A DNA stretch of 64,000 nt. Source: Candidatus Latescibacterota bacterium (GTDB lineage: Bacteria; Latescibacterota; UBA2968; UBA8231). The DNA lies in NCBI GenBank assembly GCA_963422735.1, contig OY730476.1, forward strand, positions 1,728,001 through 1,792,000. Direction: 5' to 3'. Position numbers and translations under genes: made by a program. Shown here piece after piece: positions 1 to 8,604 of the stretch (the first letter of the stretch is position 1; the number at the start of each line of letters is the position of its first letter). Below the pieces are notes generated by a model. It was not told the DNA's origin and made no database searches. It worked only from the letters and a program-made list of their open reading frames with translations.

Positions 1-3000
1 TCGCCGCGCACAGCCGCCCTAGCAAAGACTACGCCTGGCTGCGCGGCCCTAGCGGCCCGACCCAAAATGTGGTAATCGGCGCGACCGGGCTGTTGGGCCG
101 CTTCCCGCGCCTCGGTCCAGCCTTGGTTGGTAGCGGCCAAGCCCCATAAAGCACGCGGTGCCCGCACCTTGGTCTCCTCGACCGATAGGCCGTCGCGCCA
201 ACAACCGCGCTGGGCGAATAGACCGCCGTCTTCCCGATAGATCAGCCCGCCGCCCACGTATTGGATCAACTGCTGTTGGCTGCCCCGCGCCCCCGATAGC
301 GTCAACAAGGCTAGGGTCCCCAAGTCGTTGTCGTCGAAATCGGCCTGCCGGTAGAAAGCCGCCACTAACTCGTCGCTGTACATTTGCCACTCGTCCCAAT
401 TGATCTCTTTGGGTTGCTCAGGCCACTCCCTGCTCGAACCCAAGAAGGGATTGAAGGAGGCCCCCGACTGCTTGCAGACCTCAAAGCCGCGCCGCGTTAG
501 CTGGTCGAGCACTTCCAGTGCTCGCTCCCAACCCTCGCGCTGCAGCACCTGAGCTAGCAAGCGGTTGAGTGTGCGCTTGGTGAATAGCCGGCTGCCATCC
601 ACGGCCCCTTTGGTCAGCTCCTCCACTTCAGCGCGACCTTCCTCGGTGCGGCACAGCCGAGCCAAGCCCCAGCTCATGCCGTGATAGTTGTCGGCTATGT
701 AGCGCCATACATCCGCATCGCGCTGTATGTGTCCGGCCACCGACAGCGCGGTTCCGGCTTCGGCCTGAGCTTCTTCAGTGAGGGGCAAAAACACCTCGAT
801 GTGGTCGCCGTCGAAATCTAGCTCCATCAGTCGGCAAACGCGCGGATGGACGCGCACGGCAGCCCCGGCCAAACGCTGCGGACGAAAGGCCACCACCGCA
901 GTGGGCGGCACGTGGCCCTCGTCCACCAGCACCCGCTGGGCACTGTACAGCAGCACCCACGAGCGTGCCATAATCGCGTCTAGAACCTCAGCCGCTCGGG
1001 CTGAACGCCGCGCACGACCCATCTCCCGCTCTACCTGAGGCCCAAACAAAGCCCAAGCCATTTCCTCGGGCAGGCCCACTTGGTCGAGATTCAGTTCAAA
1101 GCCCGAAGCGAGCGCGGCTCGGCCACTGAACAGCGGTCTGGCCTCGAAGTGAAGGAACTCCGGGCGCAACAACGCGGCAAAAAAATCCTCCACCCGTTGG
1201 GCCACCTGGGCCACTGCGGGGCCGGTTAGGGCCTCGGGTGCATCGCTATCGACGACGCGTTGCAAGCGCTCATTGGCTTCGACCAAATCCTCGAAGCAGG
1301 CTCGGATTGGATCGAACTCGGTCCTCGCGGGCAAGGCAACGGGAGACCCCACCGTCCCGATCTGGTGCCCCGGGGCCCACGGGTGCGGCACTAGCTGGGC
1401 CAAGGTCAGCCCCTCGGGCTCGGCAAAGGAAAAGCGCAACTCCGCGCCCGCCAATTTGGCCCGTATCCCGGCCATACCCAACAACTGCTGCAACAAGGCA
1501 AAGCGCGGGGACGGGGCTGGGGACGGGGACACCGGGCCGGTGGTTAGGCGCTGGCCCAGCGTATTGGCGTCGGGCCGCTCAGCTGCGGCCGTGTTGAACA
1601 AAGCGTGGATATTGGCTACGGCCCCGGCCTCACACAAAGCTCCGTAGGCCATCATATCGAGCTCTGGGCCGCCGGCCCTTGCCACCGCGGTTTCCAAGCG
1701 TTCGGCCGCGGTGTGGGTCAGGCGGCCCCAGTACACCCAACCCACGGTACTGCGATAGGGCAGCTTTGCGCCTTTGAGGGTCAGTTGCTCCATGCCGTCT
1801 TCGGGCAGTCCCGCCTCGACTAGACGCGCTTTCAACATCTCTTCGCTGGGTGCCTCGAAAGGCGGCACCACCGCCGGAGTCTCTTCGGCCCGGGCAATGC
1901 GACCCATGACCGCCTCGCGCTGCTGGCCGAAATTGAGCCGCGAGACCATACTGGTGGGACTGAAGATGAGCTCTACCAGCGCCCCATCGGGCAACTGCGG
2001 CATGTCGGCGTCGGGCAGGATGCGGGTCACCACCCCTTTGGCACCGTGGCGATTGCCCATGCGGTCTCCCACCCCGACTGCGGCGGGAAAATTCATCCGC
2101 GCCGCAGCCGACTCGCTGATGACCAAGCCATCCTCAAACGTGTCCCCGTCCCACATGATGAAGGCGGTCAGCAGATTGTACCCACCCCAAAAGTCGGGGG
2201 CTTCGGGCTCGTATCCCGTCTGCACTAGAGCTGGCTCGGGTTTGTTGCCCTTAGAGGCCAAGCACTGGTCGTACTGCTGGCGGAACCAACCCGTAGAGTG
2301 GACCGGAGCCGCTGTATCGGCGGCACTCGTCCACTGGCGCATCATGTTGATGCCCATCAGGGCGCGATTGGTATCGTCGTGTTCGAGAAAGGGCACCATG
2401 GAGGCCGAAAAGCCCAAGATGCTGTCGGGCGCATTGTCGATCCGTTCGAGCTTGCCGTCGCGGATGCGAGCCCCGCGGGCCACTTCGAGCACGCGGCCAA
2501 TATTGGGGCCCTCAGGGGTGCAGTAGGGGCACACTAGGCCGTATTGGCTGTAGGGGAAAACGCCCTGATCGTCAAAAGGCTCGACGACAACGGGGATCAA
2601 AGTCAGCCGCCGCAGATGGGTATAGCGGTCGAGCCAGTTGGTCGCCTGTAGGTACTGCGAGGTTTCCCCCAAGTGGAAGTCGCGCATCCAGGCGTCCAGC
2701 GGCAGCCAGTTGCGCACCAAGTCGCCGTCCCAAGCCAACTGTTCGGGGGCCACCTCCAACCTTTGGTCAATAAAGTCGTAGAGCTGCTCACCCACGCACA
2801 GAATCCGCGCTTGTTCGAGCGCACGCCGGTCGGGATAGGGAACCACGACCCGGTAGTTGCCTTCAATGTGGAAAAGGCCGTCTCGGTCGGGCCGCGGCAA
2901 ATCCCGGTACTCAACCTCGACCGAGGCATGGCCGAGCCCCAAACTCAGTTTAACGGAAAAAGTATAAGGGTCCTGTTGTTCGACTCGATAATCGGCCAGC

Positions 3001-3092
3001 GGCAAGCGCTCGCCCAAAAGCCGGGGCAGTCGCTGGTGGACGAAAAGGTCAAAGGACTCCCGGTGCCAAGGTACGTCGAGATTCAATGTCAT
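1..3092 (-). CDS. Miniature single-chain RNA polymerase beta-beta' fusion-like protein (>1030 aa, 3' end outside window; not in ORF track)
   Basis: Manual translation from ATG 3092 (GGAGGA SD; ATGA overlap with sigma stop) is stop-free to the edge. RpoB-like motifs in order: GLFHIEGNYRVVV, SQYLQATNWLDRYTHLRRLT, YGLVCPYCTPEGPNIG, PFLEHDDTNRALMGINMMRQ, WDGDTFEDGLVISE, GDRMGNRHGAKGVV, SRLNFGQ, TVGWVYWGRLTH. RpoC-like motifs follow: FSGRA..VGLPEEMA, VHPRVCRLMELDFDGDHIEVFLPL, SGARGS. Confidence 0.93.
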   Translation of the reverse strand, partial: MTLNLDVPWHRESFDLFVHQRLPRLLGERLPLADYRVEQQDPYTFSVKLSLGLGHASVEVEYRDLPRPDRDGLFHIEGNYRVVVPYPDRRALEQARILCVGEQLYDFIDQRLEVAPEQLAWDGDLVRNWLPLDAWMRDFHLGETSQYLQATNWLDRYTHLRRLTLIPVVVEPFDDQGVFPYSQYGLVCPYCTPEGPNIGRVLEVARGARIRDGKLERIDNAPDSILGFSASMVPFLEHDDTNRALMGINMMRQWTSAADTAAPVHSTGWFRQQYDQCLASKGNKPEPALVQTGYEPEAPDFWGGYNLLTAFIMWDGDTFEDGLVISESAAARMNFPAAVGVGDRMGNRHGAKGVVTRILPDADMPQLPDGALVELIFSPTSMVSRLNFGQQREAVMGRIARAEETPAVVPPFEAPSEEMLKARLVEAGLPEDGMEQLTLKGAKLPYRSTVGWVYWGRLTHTAAERLETAVARAGGPELDMMAYGALCEAGAVANIHALFNTAAAERPDANTLGQRLTTGPVSPSPAPSPRFALLQQLLGMAGIRAKLAGAELRFSFAEPEGLTLAQLVPHPWAPGHQIGTVGSPVALPARTEFDPIRACFEDLVEANERLQRVVDSDAPEALTGPAVAQVAQRVEDFFAALLRPEFLHFEARPLFSGRAALASGFELNLDQVGLPEEMAWALFGPQVEREMGRARRSARAAEVLDAIMARSWVLLYSAQRVLVDEGHVPPTAVVAFRPQRLAGAAVRVHPRVCRLMELDFDGDHIEVFLPLTEEAQAEAGTALSVAGHIQRDADVWRYIADNYHGMSWGLARLCRTEEGRAEVEELTKGAVDGSRLFTKRTLNRLLAQVLQREGWERALEVLDQLTRRGFEVCKQSGASFNPFLGSSREWPEQPKEINWDEWQMYSDELVAAFYRQADFDDNDLGTLALLTLSGARGSQQQLIQYVGGGLIYREDGGLFAQRGCWRDGLSVEETKVRAPRALWGLAATNQGWTEAREAAQQPGRADYHILGRAARAAQPGVVFARAAVRG

Positions 3093-3688
3093 TGATGTTC
3101 CTCCGGGTTATTAATGGCCTGCCAAGCCCGTGAGATCTGGCGGCGGCCGTGGTGCAGACGCGACTTTACGGTGCCTTCGGGAATGCCCAGTCGCTCGGCC
3201 GCATCTCGCACTTCGACTTGGGCGTCGTAGATCAGACGGAAAACCTCGCGCTTGTCCTCGGACAGTGCCTGTACTTGTCGCCGCAGCCAGCGCTGCTGGT
3301 CGGCCCGTTCCACCTCGGCGTCGGGGCGCTCAGACGCGGCCTCAATCATCCATTCGGGCACTTGGTGCGTTTCCTTCTCCACGGTTTCAGACAGCATTTC
3401 CAGCCGTTGCTCCCGCCGCCTTTGCACAGTGCGCAGGTGAGTTAGAGAAAGATGAGTAGCAATGCGGAACAGCCAGCCAGCCGCAGAGCCTCGACCGCTC
3501 CATTGGCCAGCTCGGTTCCACACCCGCAAGAAAACCTCCTGCACCACGTCGTTGGTACTCGCATCATCGCGGACGATGCGGCGCACGTGGTGGTGGATCT
3601 GCTCCCGATAGCGCTCAAAGAACTGCTCAAACGCGCGGGCATCGCGTTCTTTTATTTGCACTATGAGTTGTGAGTCCGGTATCTGCAT
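3089..3688 (-). CDS. ECF-type sigma-70 factor (199 aa)
   Basis: Region 2 (DVVQEVFLRVW...GWLFRIA) and region 4 (AERLGIPEGTVKSRLHHGR). ATG 3688 with GGAGG SD is preferred over the ORF-track start at 3907. Confidence 0.93.
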   Translation of the reverse strand: MQIPDSQLIVQIKERDARAFEQFFERYREQIHHHVRRIVRDDASTNDVVQEVFLRVWNRAGQWSGRGSAAGWLFRIATHLSLTHLRTVQRRREQRLEMLSETVEKETHQVPEWMIEAASERPDAEVERADQQRWLRRQVQALSEDKREVFRLIYDAQVEVRDAAERLGIPEGTVKSRLHHGRRQISRAWQAINNPEEHQ

Positions 3689-3707
3689 CGAGGCCCTCCG
3701 CAGATAA

Positions 3708-3734
3708 AGACGCCGCCCGGAAAGTACAGGTTCA
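3708..3734 (-). promoter_or_regulatory. Putative ECF-type (autoregulatory) promoter TGAACC-N16-CGTCT
   Basis: Minus strand reads TGAACC tgtactttccgggcgg CGTCT, ending 20 nt before the sigma ATG. Matches the general AAC/CGT ECF promoter consensus. Confidence 0.6.
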
Positions 3735-3746
3735 AGGACGAAGATG

Positions 3747-3780
3747 AAAAAGCCCGGAAACCTCATTGGAGACTGGCTTT
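3747..3780 (-). terminator. Hairpin plus U-tract upstream of the sigma gene (possible terminator/attenuator)
   Basis: Minus strand AAAGCC-AGUCUC-CAAU-GAGGUU-UCCG-GGCUUUUU. An extended -10-like TGgTAAGAT lies further upstream at 3821-3813. Confidence 0.35.
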
Positions 3781-3881
3781 CTCCCCGAATTGACTCACTA
3801 GTCGAGCACGGTATCTTACCACCCACCGCCTGAAGACCAGCCTCAACCCTTACAGACGCTCCTGCGCTAGATCGAGACCCC

Positions 3882-4559
3882 ATGAGCCTAACACCAGCCC
3901 AACTCAACCAGTTCCACCGCGACGGCTATATCATCGTCTCCGATCTGTTCACGGCCGACGAGATGGATGCCGCCCTAGCGGCGATGGAACAGATTTTCTA
4001 CGGCCAATCCTTCCAGCAATGGTTGGCCGTTTGCGACCGCGGTGAAGCGGCCAGAGTCTCGGACGGCTTTACCACCACGCACGACCACTCGGAGGGGCGC
4101 TCGCAATTTCCCGTGGGTGCGCCGGCCTTGGACCGGCTAATAGAAAAAGAGACCTACCTCGACATTTTTGAGCAATGCTTAGGCGCAAAAGCTAGCTACT
4201 GCAATGCCCACCTCTTTATGCGCTCGGGGCCTACTGACAAGCGCCATCCCCACAACCCTTGGGAGGGCTACCACATGGACCACTACACTAATTGCCTGCT
4301 GCCGCCCCACGACCAGACAGGCCGGTTTGACTACGTCAATTCGGGGGTGTACCTGCACGATGTCGGCGACGACGGTGCCCCCATGCTGGTCATCCCCGGC
4401 TCGCACAAAGTAGCCGGTCCCGCTTTTGTGCGAGCCTTTGCCCAAGGCAACGCTGCGGGTGGGTCCTTCAAAGACCTGTGCCAAGTCACCGAACTAGCCG
4501 CCCCGGTCCCCGCCACCGCCCGGCGCGGGAGTCTATGGCGGCCATCCGCCGCCTGCTAA
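3882..4559 (+). pseudogene. PhyH-family Fe(II)/2OG dioxygenase, C-terminally truncated
   Basis: LTPAQLNQFHRDGY, HMD, VIPGSHK. The sequence breaks after ARRGS, before the distal His strand. Confidence 0.75.
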
Positions 4560-5344
4560 GTCACCTCGATCCAGCGGCCTTGCGGGGCCGCCTCACGGCC
4601 ATCCCGGTAGTCAACGAGGCGGCCTATTGGCGCGGCCAGCGCACGGCCGAAGATGGGCTGGACTTGGCCCGCACCTGCCCAGGTCGGCCCGATGGCTCGA
4701 TTACCGAGCGCACAGCCCACGCCGTCAGCCAAGAAATCCGCCGGGCCGACTATCTCATCGACCTGCACAGCGGCGGGCTAGTCATGGAATTCTACCCTAC
4801 CGCGGGGTACACCCTGCATCCCGATAAAGCCATCCTCGAGGTGCAACGGCGCATGGCCCGAGCGCTGAATATGCCCATCATCTGGGGCACTTCGGCCCGG
4901 CTCGACGGACGCACGCTTTCGGTAGCCCGCGACGCCAACGTGCCAGCCATCTACGCCGAGTGGATGGGGGGTGGCACGTGCGATCCCCAGGGCGTGGATG
5001 CTTATTTCGAGGGCTGCTTGAACATCTTGGCCGAACTAGATCTGATCGACCGCACCCTGCCGCCCCTGCACACCGAGTACACCGTGGAGGACGACCGCGA
5101 CAACGCTGGCCACGTGCAGCTCAATTACCCAGCGCCCTTTGCTGGCTATTTTGAACCCCAAGTGACATTGAAAGCACCCGTGCAACCGGGCGATGTGATC
5201 GGCACGGTGGTAGATCATCTGGGGCAGCGGCGCGAGGAAGTGGTATCGACCCAAGCGGGCTTGATCCTGTGTCTGCGGGTCTTCAACCGCGTCCACCAAG
5301 GCGACAGTTTGGCCGCGGTTTTAGAACTCGACCCTTCCCAATAA
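4528..5344 (+). pseudogene. Succinylglutamate desuccinylase/aspartoacylase (AstE/AspA) family, N-terminally truncated
   Basis: DLARTCPG, LIDLHSGG, AIYAEWMGG and a C-terminal biotinyl-like hairpin are present. The N-terminal G-x-HGDE Zn motif is missing. Confidence 0.75.
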
Positions 5345-5612
5345 CCCCCTTTTCTGCGCCGCTAGACCCGCGCTGTTTCCAGCCCTCGCAAGTAGAAGAC
5401 CGGATAAATGCGCTTTCCAAAGATGTCCGACGGCTTACTGTGGCGCAGACTCACTGGACCCTAACTTCGGCTACGAAGGATGAGAATCTCTACCGAATCC
5501 AGACGTATTCGCACTCAAAGAAGCCATTGATGGGCGATCGATATTCGAGAGACTCTGGATCGTTGACAACGCGGTTCGGGCACAAATGATTTTTGGGGTC
5601 GGACACCGGTTT

Positions 5613-6473
5613 TTATACGCTGGCCACCTTGCTGCAATCTAGCGAAAACATGAGCGGCAAACTGCGATCTGGAATTTCCCAGTACCCATCGGCACCTTGC
5701 ACCATACACGCGAATCTGCGATAAGAGCAGTAAGGAAACTCCTCTAAGCGGTCGATCGCCAGACCAGCGGATGCAGCCGCTGTGACAAATTCCCCCATGT
5801 GGTGAGACCACTGGTATGTAGTCGTGTTCACCAGACGACCGCCCTCACCTGTGTAAGATTCCTCGGCCGTGCATAATTCGGGCGTCTCCTCGTGGAAATA
5901 GCTGTCGTTGAGTGAAAATGAACCGCTCGCGGCATCATAGGTAAGCATGTCGAGCACTGGATGTCCATCGACGACGAAAACTCGGCCGCGAAGTTTCAAC
6001 ATTGCGCTCGCAATCGAAAACCAGCGCTGGAGATCCGGTATCCAGCAGAACACGCCGTGGGAAGCAAAGACCAGATCGAATGATTGGCGCTCCAAGCGAT
6101 CGCCCACAGAGTACACGTTAGCACAGTGGAACTCGGCACTCAATCCAGTCTCTTCGGCCAGTTCGCGTGCTTTCTCAATTGCTGCGTCGGAAAAGTCCAC
6201 GCCCGTCACGATCCCACCCATTCTACTGAGAGAAAGGGAATCGAGGCCGAAGTGGCATTGCAGGTGGAGAATTCGCTTTCCGGCGACATCGCCAAGCGCT
6301 TTGATCTCGACCGGTCCCAAGGTGCATTGACCAGAGAGAAATCCCAACACGTCGTAAAACTTCGTCCCCAAGTGGAGTCCGACTCTTTCGTTCCAATTCT
6401 CGCGATTGGCGCGAAAGTAGGTTTCGTCAAAGGGCTTCAATCTTGAAACCTTTCGCGTATCCCCGGCGCACAT
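5613..6473 (-). CDS. Class I SAM-dependent methyltransferase
   Basis: NRENWNERV, LHLQCHFGLDSLSL, VTGVDFS, DGHP. Exact start uncertain. Confidence 0.85.
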   Translation of the reverse strand: MCAGDTRKVSRLKPFDETYFRANRENWNERVGLHLGTKFYDVLGFLSGQCTLGPVEIKALGDVAGKRILHLQCHFGLDSLSLSRMGGIVTGVDFSDAAIEKARELAEETGLSAEFHCANVYSVGDRLERQSFDLVFASHGVFCWIPDLQRWFSIASAMLKLRGRVFVVDGHPVLDMLTYDAASGSFSLNDSYFHEETPELCTAEESYTGEGGRLVNTTTYQWSHHMGEFVTAAASAGLAIDRLEEFPYCSYRRFACMVQGADGYWEIPDRSLPLMFSLDCSKVASV

Positions 6474-6499
6474 CGTCTATCACCCTGTCCGAGAACATT

Positions 6500-7471
6500 T
6501 TAGGCGCAGACGGCCGCATCGGTGCTCCAGCGGTTGAAGGGGGTATGCTCCTCTTGGGCCAGCCGGTCGCGGGTGTCGCGCCAGAGCTTTTCCCACGCTA
6601 CGGGATCGCGCAAGACGCTTGCGGGGTTAGCTCTGCTGCGGGCGGCAAAGCCGGGGAAGAGGTCGCGGCCCGTGGGCTGGCCGACTGGATTGTAGCGCAA
6701 ATCAAAGCTCCAGCGCACATCGTCGCTGGCGTTGACCAGCGAGCCGTGGATGGTGTGGCGAGTGAGGAAGAGCACATCGCCGGGCTGCATGGGCACCGGC
6801 AGGGCCGCGTCCATATCCATAAGCAGCTCCGGGATCCACAGACCCCCCGGTCCCCCCGGACAGTGCGTGTGCAGCCCCCGGCGGTGGCTACGGGGCATAA
6901 TCTGCAGACAGCCGTTTTCGATCGTCGCCTCATTGAGCGGAAACCACACCGTCAAGACCTCCGAGTCGTCGGCTTCGGGCAGGACTACGCCGTTGTCTTG
7001 GTGCCAGTTGGTGGCACTGACTAGGGCTTGGCCGTTGTGGTCTTTGGGCACTAGGCGTTCGGGCGGCTTGAGGCGCACGTGCTGGACGGGGTTGGACCAG
7101 ATCTCGGGACCGACGATGGACTCGACCGCATCGAGGAGGTCGGGGTCGGTAATGCAGCGAAAGACGGCTGGCCCGGCCCAGAAGGGAGTGTCGGCCTCGA
7201 TGCCCGTCTGGGGCAGGGAGAAGTCGAAGTACTGGGCGTGGATCTGGCCGCTATCGACGACGATTTGAGTCAGGCGCTTGCCAAAGGGCAGGTCATCGTA
7301 CGTGGACGCGATCCGGCCGGCTTGGTAGAGCGCACAAGCGAGCTTGTCGAGGACGCTGTGGTATTCGTCGATAATGGGCTGGATGACCTCGTCCACGTCG
7401 AGCATCCCCCTGACTAGTAAGTAGCCTTCTTCGTCAAAGTGTGCGAGTTGTTCGTCCGTCAAGCATGGCAT
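6500..7471 (-). CDS. PhyH-family dioxygenase
   Basis: WHQDNGV, GCLQIMPRSH, PGDVLFLTRHTIHGS, RWSFDLRY. Confidence 0.9.
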   Translation of the reverse strand: MPCLTDEQLAHFDEEGYLLVRGMLDVDEVIQPIIDEYHSVLDKLACALYQAGRIASTYDDLPFGKRLTQIVVDSGQIHAQYFDFSLPQTGIEADTPFWAGPAVFRCITDPDLLDAVESIVGPEIWSNPVQHVRLKPPERLVPKDHNGQALVSATNWHQDNGVVLPEADDSEVLTVWFPLNEATIENGCLQIMPRSHRRGLHTHCPGGPGGLWIPELLMDMDAALPVPMQPGDVLFLTRHTIHGSLVNASDDVRWSFDLRYNPVGQPTGRDLFPGFAARSRANPASVLRDPVAWEKLWRDTRDRLAQEEHTPFNRWSTDAAVCA

Positions 7472-7666
7472 ATGCTTTCCTCCGTGGGTTCATGGGGTTC
7501 TCCTTTAGGGTTAAGGAGGTTAATTATTCTTTATCCACTCGGCACCAAAGGCATCTAGCCAGTATGTGCGTGTCCTGTTGAAGAGTTCAATTTGCGCTTG
7601 AGTATAGCGATATGGTCCGTTTGCGAATAGCTAAAAGGAGGAGCGTCGCTTAATTGTCGCGTCGCA

Positions 7667-8584
7667 ATGGTTATGGAATTTCCCAAACTCGACGAAGCCC
7701 TGCGCTTGGATCGGTTGAAACCGCCGACAGACAAGGTGCGGATGGTGCTCGACACCGATACGTACAACGAGATCGACGATCAGTTCGCAGTGGTCCAAGC
7801 GCTGCTCTCGCCCGACCAGCTTGCAGTCGAGGCGATCTACGCGGCACCGTTCTACAACAGCCGTTCGGCCGGGCCGGGCGACGGGATGGAGAAAAGCTAC
7901 GCGGAAATCCTGCAGCTCTTGGAGCGGTTGGATATCTCGCCTGAGGGCTTGGTGTTCCGAGGAGCGACGGATATACTGCGAGACGACGCGCCGCAGGAAA
8001 GCGCAGCGGTCGATGACCTGATCGCCAAATCCAAAACCGCCGACCCGCTCTACGTGGTAGCTATCGGCGCGCTCACTAACATAGCGTCGGCTATTCTGCA
8101 AGATCCTGCCATAATCGAGCGGATCGTCGTGGTCTGGCTCGGCGGCCACGCTCACTACTGGCCAACGGCTGACGAATTCAACCTTCAAGGCGATCTCGTA
8201 GCAGCACAGGTGGTCTTTGACAGCGGCGTGCCCTTCGTCCAGATCCCATGCCACCCCGCGGCCTCGCACCTACAGACGACGCTGGCGGAGTTGGAGCGCT
8301 TCGTCAAGGGGCGAGGGGCGATTGGCGACTATTTGGTCGATATCTTCACCGCCTATTCCCAAAACCACTTCGCCTCTTCCAAGGTGATCTGGGACATGTC
8401 GGCGGTCGCTTGGCTGCTCGACGCATCGTGGGTGCCAACCGACGTGGTACATAGCCCGGTGTTGACCGATCAAAAGACTTGGAGCCACGACTCGTCGCGG
8501 CACTTTATGCGGGTGGCGCGAACGGTGCGGCGCGATGCGATCTTCGGAGATTTATTCGAGAAACTGGAATTGCGCCAGAGCTAG
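7667..8584 (+). CDS. Inosine/uridine-preferring nucleoside hydrolase family
   Basis: DTDTYNEIDDQFA, AIGALTNIA, EFNL, IWDMSA. Confidence 0.9.
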   Translation: MVMEFPKLDEALRLDRLKPPTDKVRMVLDTDTYNEIDDQFAVVQALLSPDQLAVEAIYAAPFYNSRSAGPGDGMEKSYAEILQLLERLDISPEGLVFRGATDILRDDAPQESAAVDDLIAKSKTADPLYVVAIGALTNIASAILQDPAIIERIVVVWLGGHAHYWPTADEFNLQGDLVAAQVVFDSGVPFVQIPCHPAASHLQTTLAELERFVKGRGAIGDYLVDIFTAYSQNHFASSKVIWDMSAVAWLLDASWVPTDVVHSPVLTDQKTWSHDSSRHFMRVARTVRRDAIFGDLFEKLELRQS

Positions 8585-8604
8585 TCGATTAGTAGCATAC
8601 ATCC

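Noticed and set aside
1-3092. Calling this the housekeeping rpoB/rpoC or a decayed rpoBC pseudogene
   Set aside because: It is less than half the normal size, has no ribosomal-protein context and has a strongly diverged sequence. It also has no stops or frameshifts in 1030 codons, and its deletions follow domain boundaries.
49-3095. ORF-track entries in 49-3095 (e.g. 1774..2526 +, 2603..2929 -)
   Set aside because: Antisense or off-frame shadows of the RNAP-like frame.
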